A DNA stretch of 64,000 nucleotides, taken from positions 256,001-320,000 of the forward strand of contig CAWJKT010000006.1 in assembly GCA_963843375.1 (NCBI GenBank), written 5' to 3'. Under the pieces are notes generated by a model, which saw nothing but the letters and a program-made list of their open reading frames with translations, ran no database searches and was not told the DNA's origin. Both the position numbers and the translations under genes were made by a program. The DNA comes from an uncultured Pseudomonadota bacterium. GTDB taxonomy: Bacteria > Oederibacteriota > Muellerivitia > Muellerivitales > Muellerivitaceae. Positions 50,771-60,921 of this stretch are shown piece after piece (position 1 is the stretch's first letter; every line of letters starts with the position of its first letter).

Positions 50771-52497
50771 TCTATCCCCAATCTAACCTTTACCGCCGGG
50801 TTCAAAGCTTATCGGGTTCCTGGGATTTCAAGGAAGACCCCCCGGATCAGGGTCTGAAAAGAGGCTGGTTCCGGGGGCTGGCTCAAGGACGAACCATCCG
50901 CGTACCCGCCAGTTGGAATGAGGTATTCCCCGATTTGTTCAATTATCTGGGTCCCGCCTGGTACCAGAAGTATTTTCCATGGCGTCAGCGGAATAAAAAA
51001 ACCTTTTTAAGGTTTGATTCCATCAATTACTTTTCTCAAGTCTGGCTCAACGGCGTCCCATTGGGCTCCCACGAGGGGGGGCATCTTCCTTTCGTGTTTG
51101 AAGTTACCCCCCACTTGAAGAAAACAAACAACCGCTTGGTGGTCCGGGTGGAGGGTCTTTTAAAACCGGAAAGGGTGCCTCCGGGCAATGTGGTCTTCGA
51201 TCCCAAAGACGCCTTTGCCAACAGCTTCAACCCGCCCGCTTCCTTTGATTTCTTCCCCTATTGCGGAATTCAACGGCCTGTGATGTTGTTTACCACCCCC
51301 GAGGAATCCATCCAAGAGGTTTCTCTTACCACGGATATCCAGGGTAAAAGCGGGAAGGTCCAGGTTAGGGTTGGGACGAACGCCGCGAAAGACGCCGCCC
51401 TCCATGTATCGCTGAGAGGTTTCGGATGGACGACTTCCGCGGGAAGCCCGTTGGGCTCCGGTTCATCGGAAATCCTCCTGACCGTTCCGGAAGCTAAACT
51501 TTGGGCGCCCGGCTCACCCAACCTTTATGGTTTAAAATTGGAACTTAAGAGGAATGGCCAAACGGTGGATCAAATAAAAATGCCGGTTGGCATCCGGACT
51601 ATTTCAACCAAGGGAACCCGCCTTCTGCTCAACGGGAAACCCGTCTTCCTAAAAGGCTTTGGCCGCCACGAGGATTATCCCGGAACCGGCCGCTATCTGC
51701 CGGCGGCCGCGCTCAAAAAAGATTACGCAAATTTAAAATGGATTCACGCCAACTCTTTTAGGACAAGTCATTACCCCTATAGCGATCAGGACTTGGAAAT
51801 GGCCGACCGGTTGGGCTTTCTCGTCATAGATGAGACTCCCGCCGTGGGATTATTCTTCAAAAAAGAAGGTCTTAAGAAACGCCTCCAGCTTTGCCGCCAG
51901 TACACCCGGGAAATGGTGGAACGCGACAAGAACCACCCCAGCGTGGTGATGTGGAGCCTGGCCAATGAACCCCATTCCAAACGTCCGGGTGCCGTGGCCT
52001 TTTTTAAAAACCTAACCCAGCTGGCCCGAAGTTTGGACCCAACCCGCCCCGTAACACTTGTCAGCTATCTGGGAGCCGCCGAGGAATCTTTTAAGTTTCT
52101 CGACGCGGTTTGCGTAAACCGCTATTTCGGCTGGTACAGTGAACCAGGAGATTTGGACAAGGCGATCCCGCGACTTTCCAAGGATTTGGACGCCATCCAC
52201 CGAAAATTCAAGAAGCCGTTGCTGGTGACTGAATTCGGCGCGGATGCCATTCCTGGAAGCCACGCCCATCCACCCGCGATGTTCAGTGAAGAATACCAGT
52301 TGGACATGATTAAAAGGTACCTGACGGTCATTGGTCAAAAGGCCTATATTTCCGGAGCCCATGTTTGGAACCTGAATGATTTTAGAACAGCCCAGGCCAC
52401 TCACCGGCCCAACGGCATGAACTACAAAGGAGTCTTCACCCGGGGCCGAAAACCCAAGCTCGCCGCACAAACCTTGCGAAAGCTTTGGGCCAAATAA
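50767..52497 (+). CDS. uidA: GH2 beta-glucuronidase
   Basis: 'VPASWN', 'GFGRHED', 'NSFRTSHYPY', 'WSLANEP', 'TEFGAD', NxKG motif (NYKG). Confidence 0.88.
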   Translation: MIYPQSNLYRRVQSLSGSWDFKEDPPDQGLKRGWFRGLAQGRTIRVPASWNEVFPDLFNYLGPAWYQKYFPWRQRNKKTFLRFDSINYFSQVWLNGVPLGSHEGGHLPFVFEVTPHLKKTNNRLVVRVEGLLKPERVPPGNVVFDPKDAFANSFNPPASFDFFPYCGIQRPVMLFTTPEESIQEVSLTTDIQGKSGKVQVRVGTNAAKDAALHVSLRGFGWTTSAGSPLGSGSSEILLTVPEAKLWAPGSPNLYGLKLELKRNGQTVDQIKMPVGIRTISTKGTRLLLNGKPVFLKGFGRHEDYPGTGRYLPAAALKKDYANLKWIHANSFRTSHYPYSDQDLEMADRLGFLVIDETPAVGLFFKKEGLKKRLQLCRQYTREMVERDKNHPSVVMWSLANEPHSKRPGAVAFFKNLTQLARSLDPTRPVTLVSYLGAAEESFKFLDAVCVNRYFGWYSEPGDLDKAIPRLSKDLDAIHRKFKKPLLVTEFGADAIPGSHAHPPAMFSEEYQLDMIKRYLTVIGQKAYISGAHVWNLNDFRTAQATHRPNGMNYKGVFTRGRKPKLAAQTLRKLWAK

Positions 52498-52536
52498 AAC
52501 GCTCAAGACAAATAAACCAAACCGTACGAGGACTTT

Positions 52537-53370
52537 ATGAAACAATTCAAAATCTTCCTTATTCCAGTCATTCTGGCTTATTTAACTATTGTCGGTCTTT
52601 TCGTCGCCTTTCAAAACCGTTTGGTTTTCCATCCGGTTCCTTTAAATGGCGCCACCCCGGCCAAATTCGGACTGAAAAACTACAAGGATGTTTCCTTTCC
52701 TTCATTCGACGGGGTCACCCTGACGGGTTGGTGGATCGAACATCCCCGAAACGAAGATCCCCGCCCCGTCCTTCTTTATTGCCATGGCAACGCGGATTGC
52801 CTTTCCCAATTAGCCCAAGTCTCCAAGATTTTCTACGATTTCGGTTTTGACGCACTGATCTTTGATTACCGCTGTTATGGCGGAAGCGATAAAGCGCCTT
52901 TAAGTGAAAAAGCCGTGGACGGAGATGCCTTGGCCGCCTATCAATGGCTGAAAGCCAGGGGGATTCCTGAAAATAAAATGATCATTTGGGGTCATTCATT
53001 GGGATCTTCCATCGCCGCGCAACTGGTCACTCAAACCCACCCGGCCGGCTTAATTCTAGAGGGGGCTTTCCCCTCCATTTACGCGGTCAGCCGCCAGCGC
53101 TATCCCTGGCTATTGGTGTTTCCCTTCATGATTTGGGACAAGTTCGAGACCGGAAAATACGTGACTGAGCGGACCTGTCCCTTGCTGGACACGCACGCCG
53201 AAAAAGACACGATTATTCCCATTGAGTTGGGCCGGAAAGTTTTCGAGGACGCGTCGAACCCCAAGCAATGGCTGGTCATCAAGGGGATCAATCACAACGA
53301 CTTCCCCAGCGTCGCCTATCAATACCTGAAACCCATTCAGGATTTTGTTTCGCTATGCCTGAAGCCTTGA
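52537..53370 (+). CDS. Alpha/beta hydrolase
   Basis: 'HGNA', 'DYRCYGGS', GHSLG nucleophile, C-terminal 'HND'. Confidence 0.9.
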   Translation: MKQFKIFLIPVILAYLTIVGLFVAFQNRLVFHPVPLNGATPAKFGLKNYKDVSFPSFDGVTLTGWWIEHPRNEDPRPVLLYCHGNADCLSQLAQVSKIFYDFGFDALIFDYRCYGGSDKAPLSEKAVDGDALAAYQWLKARGIPENKMIIWGHSLGSSIAAQLVTQTHPAGLILEGAFPSIYAVSRQRYPWLLVFPFMIWDKFETGKYVTERTCPLLDTHAEKDTIIPIELGRKVFEDASNPKQWLVIKGINHNDFPSVAYQYLKPIQDFVSLCLKP

Positions 53371-53951
53371 TACATCCCTAAATGGGCCCTTTTCTTCCGG
53401 TCGATGTTTTCCAGGGTATGAATCAGGTGTTTTTGGATAAAAGAATCCAGGGTCATATCAGCCTGACCCGCTAATTCGGGGGTTCCTACGCAAAAAAGCC
53501 CCGCGGCCTTGGCCGCCTGAACCCCCAAAATGTCCGTTTCCAATGCCACCGCCCGAACGGGTTTTACCCCCATCATGTCCAGGGATAATAAGTGCAACTC
53601 GGTTTTGGGCTTCAGTTCGGTCACATCCTCGAAACAACGGATGTTATCGAAGTCTTCGGCAAGGTTCATTCGATGAAGCTCATCAACCACCTGGGTCTGT
53701 TTCCGATTGGAGGTAAGAACCAGGCGGACTTCAAAACCCCGCAGGAGACGAAAACAAAGTTTCAAGGCGGCCAAGGGCGTCTCTTCGGGAAAATCGTCCT
53801 TGTTGTAATTCTGGTTGCGGGAATCCCGGATCACCCAGTCGAAATCGAAGAGGAGGGCCTTGGTCAGCCAGAAGCTTTCGGGAACCATTCCGGCGAAGGG
53901 AGTCCCCCGGGGATTGTTGATGTCGGAAGGACCGAAATTAATGGGACTCAT
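53337..53951 (-). CDS. HAD-superfamily hydrolase-like protein
   Basis: 'LLFDFD', 'LTSN', 'KPK', 'GVQAAKAAGL'. Confidence 0.75.
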   Translation of the reverse strand: MSPINFGPSDINNPRGTPFAGMVPESFWLTKALLFDFDWVIRDSRNQNYNKDDFPEETPLAALKLCFRLLRGFEVRLVLTSNRKQTQVVDELHRMNLAEDFDNIRCFEDVTELKPKTELHLLSLDMMGVKPVRAVALETDILGVQAAKAAGLFCVGTPELAGQADMTLDSFIQKHLIHTLENIDRKKRAHLGMYQGFRHSETKS

Positions 53952-53956
53952 AAAGC

Positions 53957-55415
53957 TTAAGCGTCTAACTTTTTCTTGAGAATCTCATTCACCATTTTGG
54001 GGTTGGACTTTCCTTGGGTCGCTTGCATGACCTTGCCGACGAGAAAACCAATTACTCCTTGTTTTCCGCCTTTGTAATCGGCCACCACCGCGGGGTTTTC
54101 GGCCAAAACTTTTTCCACAGCGCCCTCGATGGCCTTGGGATCGGACACCTGGGCCATCCCACGGGACTTCACGATCTCGGCGGGCGAAACGCCCAGATCA
54201 AACATCTCGGCGAAAACTTCCTTAGCTTGTTTGCTGTTGATCGTTCCGGCCTCAATGATGTCCACCAATTCGCAAAGCTTCTTTTGATCAAACTTGAGAT
54301 CCTTGAGTTCTTTTTCCTGCTCCTTCATCTTGGCAGCCATATCTCCCATAATCCAGTTGGCGAGTCCCTTGGGGTTCTTGGTATGTTTGGCCCCTTCTTC
54401 AAACCAATGGGCCAATTCCTGGTCGGAAGTTAAAACTCCGCCATCGTAGTGGCTCAAACCATATTGGGAAACAAACCGTGCCCTTTTAGCCGAAGGCAGT
54501 TCGGGCAGGTTTTTCCTGATTTTTTGGACATAATCCTCGCTGAGGATGATGGGAACTAAATCGGGCTCAGGGAAATAACGATAATCATGCGCTTCTTCCT
54601 TGGAACGCATGGTCTTGGTTTTGTTTTCGGTAACATCCCAAAGCCGGGACTCCTGAACAATCCTTTCGCCTTTATCCAGCAGGGCGGCCTGGCGCTTGAT
54701 CTCGTATTCGATGGCCTGTTTGGCGAATTTGAAGCTGTTCATGTTCTTGATTTCGGTGCGGGTTCCGAACTTTTCGGTTCCCTTCGGACGAATCGAGACG
54801 TTGGCGTCGCAGCGAAGCGACCCCTCTTCCATGTTGCAGTCGGAGACATCGATATAAAGGAGGATATTCTTCAAAGCGGTCAGGTAGGCATAAGCCTCAT
54901 CCGCGCTTCGAATATCAGGTTCGGAGACAATCTCCACCAGCGGAATGCCCCCCCGGTTGTAATCGGCCAACGAATAATCGGAGGAATCCAAGCGTCCCGC
55001 CTTGCCGCCCGCATGCACCAACTTTCCCGCATCCTCTTCCAAATGGGCCCGGGTAACCCCGATTCTTTTGGAGCCTTCTTTGGTAACGATGTCCAAATAA
55101 CCGCCATAGTTCAGCGGCTTGTCATATTGGGAAATCTGGTAGGCCTTGGGAAGATCGGGATAGTAATAGTTCTTGCGATCCATCTTGGCGTATTTGGCGA
55201 TGGTGCAATTAAGGGCCAAGCCGATCTTCACGGCATATTCCACGGCCTTCTCGTTCATGACCGGCAAGGTCCCTGGCAAACCCAGACAAACAGGACAAAC
55301 CTGGGTGTTGGCTTCGTTGCCGAAGGTTGTCTTGCAGCCACAAAAGAGTTTCGTCGCGGTTTTAAGCTCGCAATGAACCTCTAAGCCAATGACTGGTTCA
55401 TATTCCAGTGGCCAT
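53957..55415 (-). CDS. gatB: Asp/Glu-tRNA amidotransferase subunit B (1-bp frameshift just after start)
   Basis: 'EPVIGLEVH', 'RKNYYYPDLPK', 'HLEEDAGK', 'YRYFPEPDL'. Confidence 0.97.
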
Positions 55416-56888
55416 TTAATCCTCCCTCAAGGTCGGTTTTTCCTTATGCCATGGCGTGGCCTGCTCATAGGCATAAGCCGTCCTAAGTAAGGTGGCCTCG
55501 TCAAAAGCCTTGCCGATCAACTGTAACCCGATGGGTAATTCGCTCTTCGACATCCCGCAAGGCACCGACAATCCCGGTAATCCGGTAATATTAATGGAGA
55601 CGGTAAAAACGTCCTCTAAATACATGGAAAGAGGGTCGCCGGTTTTCTCCCCGAAACGGAAAGCCGGGTTAGGGGCGGTTGGCGTAGCGATCACATCCAC
55701 CTTCTCAAAGGCCTTATCGTAATCCTGTTTGATGAGACGACGAACCTTGAGGGCTTTCAAGTAATAGGCATCGTAATAGCCCGAGGAGAGGGCATAAGTG
55801 CCCAGCATGATGCGACGCTTTACTTCCGGGCCGAAACCAGCGGCGCGGGTTTTGGAATACATTTCCAGGATGTTCTCGCCCGGTTCCCTTAAACCATAAC
55901 GAACCCCGTCATAACGAGCCAGGTTGGAAGAAGCTTCAGAAGGGGCTAATACATAATAAGCGGCTAACCCATAGGGAGAGGCCGGCAAGGATACTTCCAC
56001 AATTTCCGCCCCCAGGCTTTGCAATTGAGCGATGGCGTCTTTTACGGCCACGGAAACTTCCCGGTTAAGGCCCTCGGGAAAGAATTCTTTAGGAATACCG
56101 ATCCGCAAACCCTTGACGGATTTCTTCATCTCCGCCACGTAATCGGGGGCGGGAAGATTGGCCGAGGTGGAATCCTTCGGGTCATGGCCCGCGATGACAT
56201 TCATCATGATGGCGCAATCCTCGACGTCCTTGGAGAAGGGACCAATTTGGTCAAGGGAGGAGGCGAAGGCAATAAGTCCATAACGGGAAACCCGGCCATA
56301 GGTCGGCTTGAGCCCCACGATACCGCAAAGGGCGGCGGGCTGTCGGATTGAACCACCCGTATCCGAGCCCAAGGAAGCGAAAGCTTGATCAGCGCAAACA
56401 CTGGCGGCAGAGCCGCCCGAGGAACCGCCGGGTACGCAATTAAGGTTCCAAGGATTCTTGGTTTTCTTATAAAAGGAAGTTTCTGTGGATGAACCCATGG
56501 CAAACTCATCCATGTTGGTTTTACCCACGCTAACCGCCCCCGCGCCATAAAGTCTTTCCACAACCGTCGCGTTATAAGGAGGCTTGAAGTTTTCAAGCAT
56601 GCGGGAAGCGCAAGTGGTTCGAATACCTTTGGTGCAAAGAAGATCCTTGATGGCCACCGGCACACCGGTTAAAGGGGTGATGTCCAAACCAATCGCCAAG
56701 CGCTTATCCGCTTCAGCCGCCTGTTTTAAGGCCTCATCCCGGGTGATGGTAATGAAGGATTGAACCTTTGGCTCAATTGACTCTAGGTAGTCCATAGTCG
56801 CCTTGGTCAACTCAACCGAGGAAACTTTTTTGGCTTTCAGTTCCGCGGAGACTTCATGGATAGTTTTTTCGATCAATTCGTTTTTCAT
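55416..56888 (-). CDS. gatA: Asp/Glu-tRNA amidotransferase subunit A
   Basis: 'PGGSSGGS', '[11 protein letters not shown]', 'EVKRRIMLG'. Confidence 0.98.
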   Translation of the reverse strand: MKNELIEKTIHEVSAELKAKKVSSVELTKATMDYLESIEPKVQSFITITRDEALKQAAEADKRLAIGLDITPLTGVPVAIKDLLCTKGIRTTCASRMLENFKPPYNATVVERLYGAGAVSVGKTNMDEFAMGSSTETSFYKKTKNPWNLNCVPGGSSGGSAASVCADQAFASLGSDTGGSIRQPAALCGIVGLKPTYGRVSRYGLIAFASSLDQIGPFSKDVEDCAIMMNVIAGHDPKDSTSANLPAPDYVAEMKKSVKGLRIGIPKEFFPEGLNREVSVAVKDAIAQLQSLGAEIVEVSLPASPYGLAAYYVLAPSEASSNLARYDGVRYGLREPGENILEMYSKTRAAGFGPEVKRRIMLGTYALSSGYYDAYYLKALKVRRLIKQDYDKAFEKVDVIATPTAPNPAFRFGEKTGDPLSMYLEDVFTVSINITGLPGLSVPCGMSKSELPIGLQLIGKAFDEATLLRTAYAYEQATPWHKEKPTLRED

Positions 56889-56929
56889 TTGTACCTTATT
56901 TTTTTGAAGTTATTTCCGAAGGGCAGCTA

Positions 56930-57214
56930 TTACATGATCTTAGGGACCTTAAAGTGTCCAGACTGAACTTCCGGCCCATTGGAAAGCACTTCTTGTTGGG
57001 TCAAGGAAGGCTGCACTTCATCGGCGCGGAAGACGTTCTTCACATCCAAGGGATGGGTCAGAGGTTCCACATTGGAGGTATCCAGCTTATTTAATTGCTC
57101 GACATATTCGAGGATATTGGCTAATTGCTGGGTGTATTTCCCCACTTCCTGGTCGGTCACTTCCAGACGGGCCAGTTTAGCGACATATTGAACGTCTTTT
57201 TCGGATAAGGCCAC
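56930..57214 (-). CDS. gatC: Asp/Glu-tRNA amidotransferase subunit C
   Basis: 'VAKLARL', 'DTSNVEP', 'FKVPKI'. Confidence 0.95.
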   Translation of the reverse strand: MALSEKDVQYVAKLARLEVTDQEVGKYTQQLANILEYVEQLNKLDTSNVEPLTHPLDVKNVFRADEVQPSLTQQEVLSNGPEVQSGHFKVPKIM

Positions 57215-57312
57215 GGTACGCTCCCCGCTTAATTAAATCCGGGCAACCAAAAGGCTTAAAAGAGCCGATAGTTTGCCAGAATCAACCGGCCTTTTCCAGC
57301 GAGGAAAAGGGG

Positions 57313-58026
57313 TTAAGCTTTGAGCAAGTGGGCCTTAAAGAACCCCAAGGTCATGGCCCAGGCCGTGGCGGCGGAAGCCGGGTGATAGGCGGGCCGGTCG
57401 TCACAATTGAAAGCATGTGCAGCCTCGGAGAATTCGGCCTGGATAAAATCCTTTTTGGCGCCCCTTAAGACATTGGCCAGTTCCATGAGTTTTTCCGGGG
57501 GGGAACTCTGGTCTTTTCCGCCCCAAAGAAGAAGAAGCGGAGCCTTTTGTTCCGGCGCCAGATCGAAGCTCTGCATGATCCGGCTACCGTAAAAGGAAAC
57601 GGCGGCTTTCAGGGGCAAGCGGCTGTTGGCCGTAAAAGAAGTGGAACCCCCCATGCAAAAGCCCACGCAGCCGATGGCGTCGGATTTGAGTTCTCCCCTC
57701 AGCCAATCATAGGTGGCTTGAGTGTCCGCCAGGGTTGCCTCCTTGGTGACGGCGTTAAAATGGGGCATGATGGATGAAAAGTCATTATTGGTGGGATAGT
57801 TGATTTCACTGCCCGGCGCTAAAGTTCGGTGGAAAAGTTCCGGCGCGACCGCCAAATACCCCTCCCGGGCTACCCTCCGGGCGACTTCCTTGATATGACC
57901 GTTAACACCAAAGGCTTCCTGGAAAACCATGATGCCCGCCTTGGGGGAGTTTTCCGGCCTCACCACGAAAGCTTGCATCTGGGTGCCGTCGCCGATATGA
58001 AGTTGAACCGTCGATTCCTGAATCAT
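57313..58026 (-). CDS. Dienelactone hydrolase family protein
   Basis: 'QEAFGVN', GFCMGG, 'HAF'. Confidence 0.92.
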   Translation of the reverse strand: MIQESTVQLHIGDGTQMQAFVVRPENSPKAGIMVFQEAFGVNGHIKEVARRVAREGYLAVAPELFHRTLAPGSEINYPTNNDFSSIMPHFNAVTKEATLADTQATYDWLRGELKSDAIGCVGFCMGGSTSFTANSRLPLKAAVSFYGSRIMQSFDLAPEQKAPLLLLWGGKDQSSPPEKLMELANVLRGAKKDFIQAEFSEAAHAFNCDDRPAYHPASAATAWAMTLGFFKAHLLKA

Positions 58027-58056
58027 TCCAACCTCCTTAAAAAATTCAATTGAAAT

Positions 58057-60269
58057 CTATTCCACTTTCTCCAAGTTCGCCATCTTCGCCAAAAGCTGTT
58101 TCTTGCCATGGTTGGGGAATGACACCGTGACTTTCAAGTTCTCGCCCGAGCCCGTTAAAGCCAAAACCATTCCCTTGCCGAACTTTTTATGACTAACCGT
58201 CTCGCCCAAAGCGTAGGGGGCCATGACCGGTTCATCGTCCCACTCCGGGTCCTTAAGCTCGTCGAATTCCTTTTTCTTAGCATCCCGAACCTCATAAAGA
58301 CCACCCTGGGTAGCCACAATCGAAGCGGCCTTGCCGGTAACCTGAATCATATCCTTTGGAATTTCAGAAAGAAAGCGGGAAGGCGCGCGCCATTGGGGGG
58401 TTCCGTAAACATAGCGGCAGGCCGCGCCGGTGAGATAGAGAATGTCCATGGCCCGTGTCATGCCCACATAACAAAGCCTTCGCTCTTCTTGCACATCGTC
58501 GTCTTCTTCAATGGAATTGTTATGAGGAAATAAACCCTCTTCTAAACCGGTGATAAAAACGATGGGAAATTCCAGACCTTTGGCGTTATGCATAGTCATC
58601 AAGGTTACGCAGTTCTTTTTATCTTGCAGCTTGTCAATGTCCGCCACCAGGGACACCTGATCTAAGTAACCTTCAAGGGTCGGCTTTTCAACACTTTTTT
58701 CATAGTCCACTACCGAGTTCACTAATTCCTTCAGGTTCTCAGCTCGCATCTTGGATTCAATCGTGTCATCGTTAGCCAAATCCGTTAAATAACCTGATCG
58801 TTCAAGAACCTTTTTCACGAATTCTCCAGGAGATACCGAATCTTTTTCAGCGATGAGCCCATCCACCATGGATACGAAACTGGCCAGGGCCTGGGTGGCT
58901 TTCTTGGGAAATTCCCCGCCTAAAGCCGCTTTGCGGGAAGCGTCCAGCAGGGTCATATCCAGGCTTTTGGCGGTCTCTTCTAATTTCGCCACGGTGCCGC
59001 TTCCGATGCCACGGATGGGCACATTAATCATACGGCGCAGTGAAACCGAATCTTTCGGGTTCACCAGCACATGGAAATAGGCCAACATGTCTTTGACTTC
59101 CTTGCGGTCATAAAACTTGAGGCCTCCCACGATGATATAAGGAATGTTATGGCGGCGACAGGCGTCTTCCAGGACCCGGGATTGGGCGTTGGTGCGGTAA
59201 AGGATCGCCACACTCCGGAAAGACCGGCCCGGTTCTCCCAATCTTTCGTAAATAGTTTTTAGTACAAATTCCGCCTCATCCTTGTCATCCTCGGCCTGGT
59301 AATAAGTGGGAGTTTCCCCCATTTCCCGGAGGGAAAAAAGCTCCTTTTCCTTGCGTTGGGAGTTGTTGCGGATAACCGCTTGGGCCGCCTGAATAACGGA
59401 CCGGGTGGAACGGTAATTTTGCTGTAATTTGAAGAGCTTGGCCCCCGGAAAATCCTGTTCGAATCGCAGGATATTGCGGATGTCCGCTCCCCGCCAACCA
59501 TAAATGGACTGATCCGGATCCCCGACGACATAAAGATTATTTAAAGGATGGGCGATTGCCGAAATGAGTTGGTATTGGGCCATATTGATGTCTTGGTATT
59601 CGTCCACCTGGATATATTCAAACCTCTTACGGTAGCTTTCCAGGATATCCGGATACTGCTTCATCAAGAGAACCGCATTGAAAAGAAGATCGTCGAAATC
59701 CATGGCGTTGTTTTCTTTGAGCTTGGTCTGGTACCGGGGATAGATTTGGGCCACCTTTTCCTGGAAGAAGCCCGCCATCAGTTCCTCGTATTCCTTGGGA
59801 TTCTTCAGCTCGTTCTTAGCCGCACTGATATGAGAATGCACGGCGTAAGGGTGTACCTGTTTCTCATCCCATTTAAGATCCCAAAGACATTCCTTGATCA
59901 GGGCCTTTTGGTCCGAGTCGTCGTAGATCGTAAACCCCGGCTGATATCCCAGTTTATCGGCGTGGAGTTTGAGGATCGAAAGGCAGAGCCGGTGGAAGGT
60001 GCCGATAAAAAGTTCCCGGACCTTTTGATGTCCAGCCAGGTTGGCTACCCGGTCTTTCATTTCCTGTGCCGCCTTGTTGGTGAAGGTAACTGCCAGGATA
60101 CGAAAGGGAGATACATGCAGTTCATCCATCAATCGAAGAATCCGGTAGGTGATGACACGGGTTTTACCCGACCCCGCCCCGCCAAAATAAGGGCTGGCCC
60201 AGCGTTATGGACAACCGCTTCGCGTTGTTCTTCGTTTAAATCCTGATAAGTGCGTTTCATGAATTCCAT
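58057..60269 (-). CDS. pcrA: ATP-dependent DNA helicase PcrA/UvrD (frameshift in Walker A near 60180)
   Basis: 'LNEEQREAV..LAG/AGSGKTRV', 'TFTNKAA', 'DEYQD', 'GDPDQSIY', 'EERRLCYVGMTRA'. Confidence 0.95.
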
Positions 60270-60766
60270 TAAGATAAGGTTTTAAAGCTTATGGTCATTG
60301 CGAGGAATGGAGCAAAAATTTTATAAAGATTGCGGCCAAAATAAAAAATCCCACTCCCTTTCAGGGCGGGATTTGGGGATTGTCGTATAAAAAGGAGGTT
60401 AAATGCTACTAGGCCTTTTTCCACGTAATGGCGGATGATTTTACGGATTTCCTCGTCCGCCACAATAAATTGAAGTCCGAACATGCCCTCGCTGGCCCAA
60501 GCAAGCTTGGAGTAAACATCCATCATTTTATTTTTTTGAACTTGGAAATTGAGTTTGAAGATTTTGGAGGAGGAAGGTGACATCTCCACTTCCAAGCGGA
60601 TGCCTCCTTCGCTAACATCCTTAGCCTTGACTTTGATGGGGGTTCCCTGCACTTCAAAAACATTCCCCGATTTGGATTCCACCACATTATGTAATGTGAC
60701 GGTTTCTTGAAATTTTGCCCGGGAATGTTTCCTGCGTTCACTTTTGGGCTGGTTAGCTTGGCTCAT
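60269..60766 (-). CDS. PilZ domain protein (true 3' end may be near 60408)
   Basis: 'ERRKHSR' (RxxxR) and 'DVSEGG' (DxSxxG). Confidence 0.8.
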   Translation of the reverse strand: MSQANQPKSERRKHSRAKFQETVTLHNVVESKSGNVFEVQGTPIKVKAKDVSEGGIRLEVEMSPSSSKIFKLNFQVQKNKMMDVYSKLAWASEGMFGLQFIVADEEIRKIIRHYVEKGLVAFNLLFIRQSPNPALKGSGIFYFGRNLYKIFAPFLAMTISFKTLS

Positions 60767-60921
60767 TAAATCCCCTCGCAAACCCAGTTAAACGGTAAAG
60801 CTATAAAACGAATAATAGCTCATTTTAGTTTTAATGGTAATCGATTTTTATTGGCAAATTTAACTAAAAAGGATTTTATTTTTTTGAAAGCGTTTCCTCG
60901 AAAAAGATAACAAAAGCCCAC

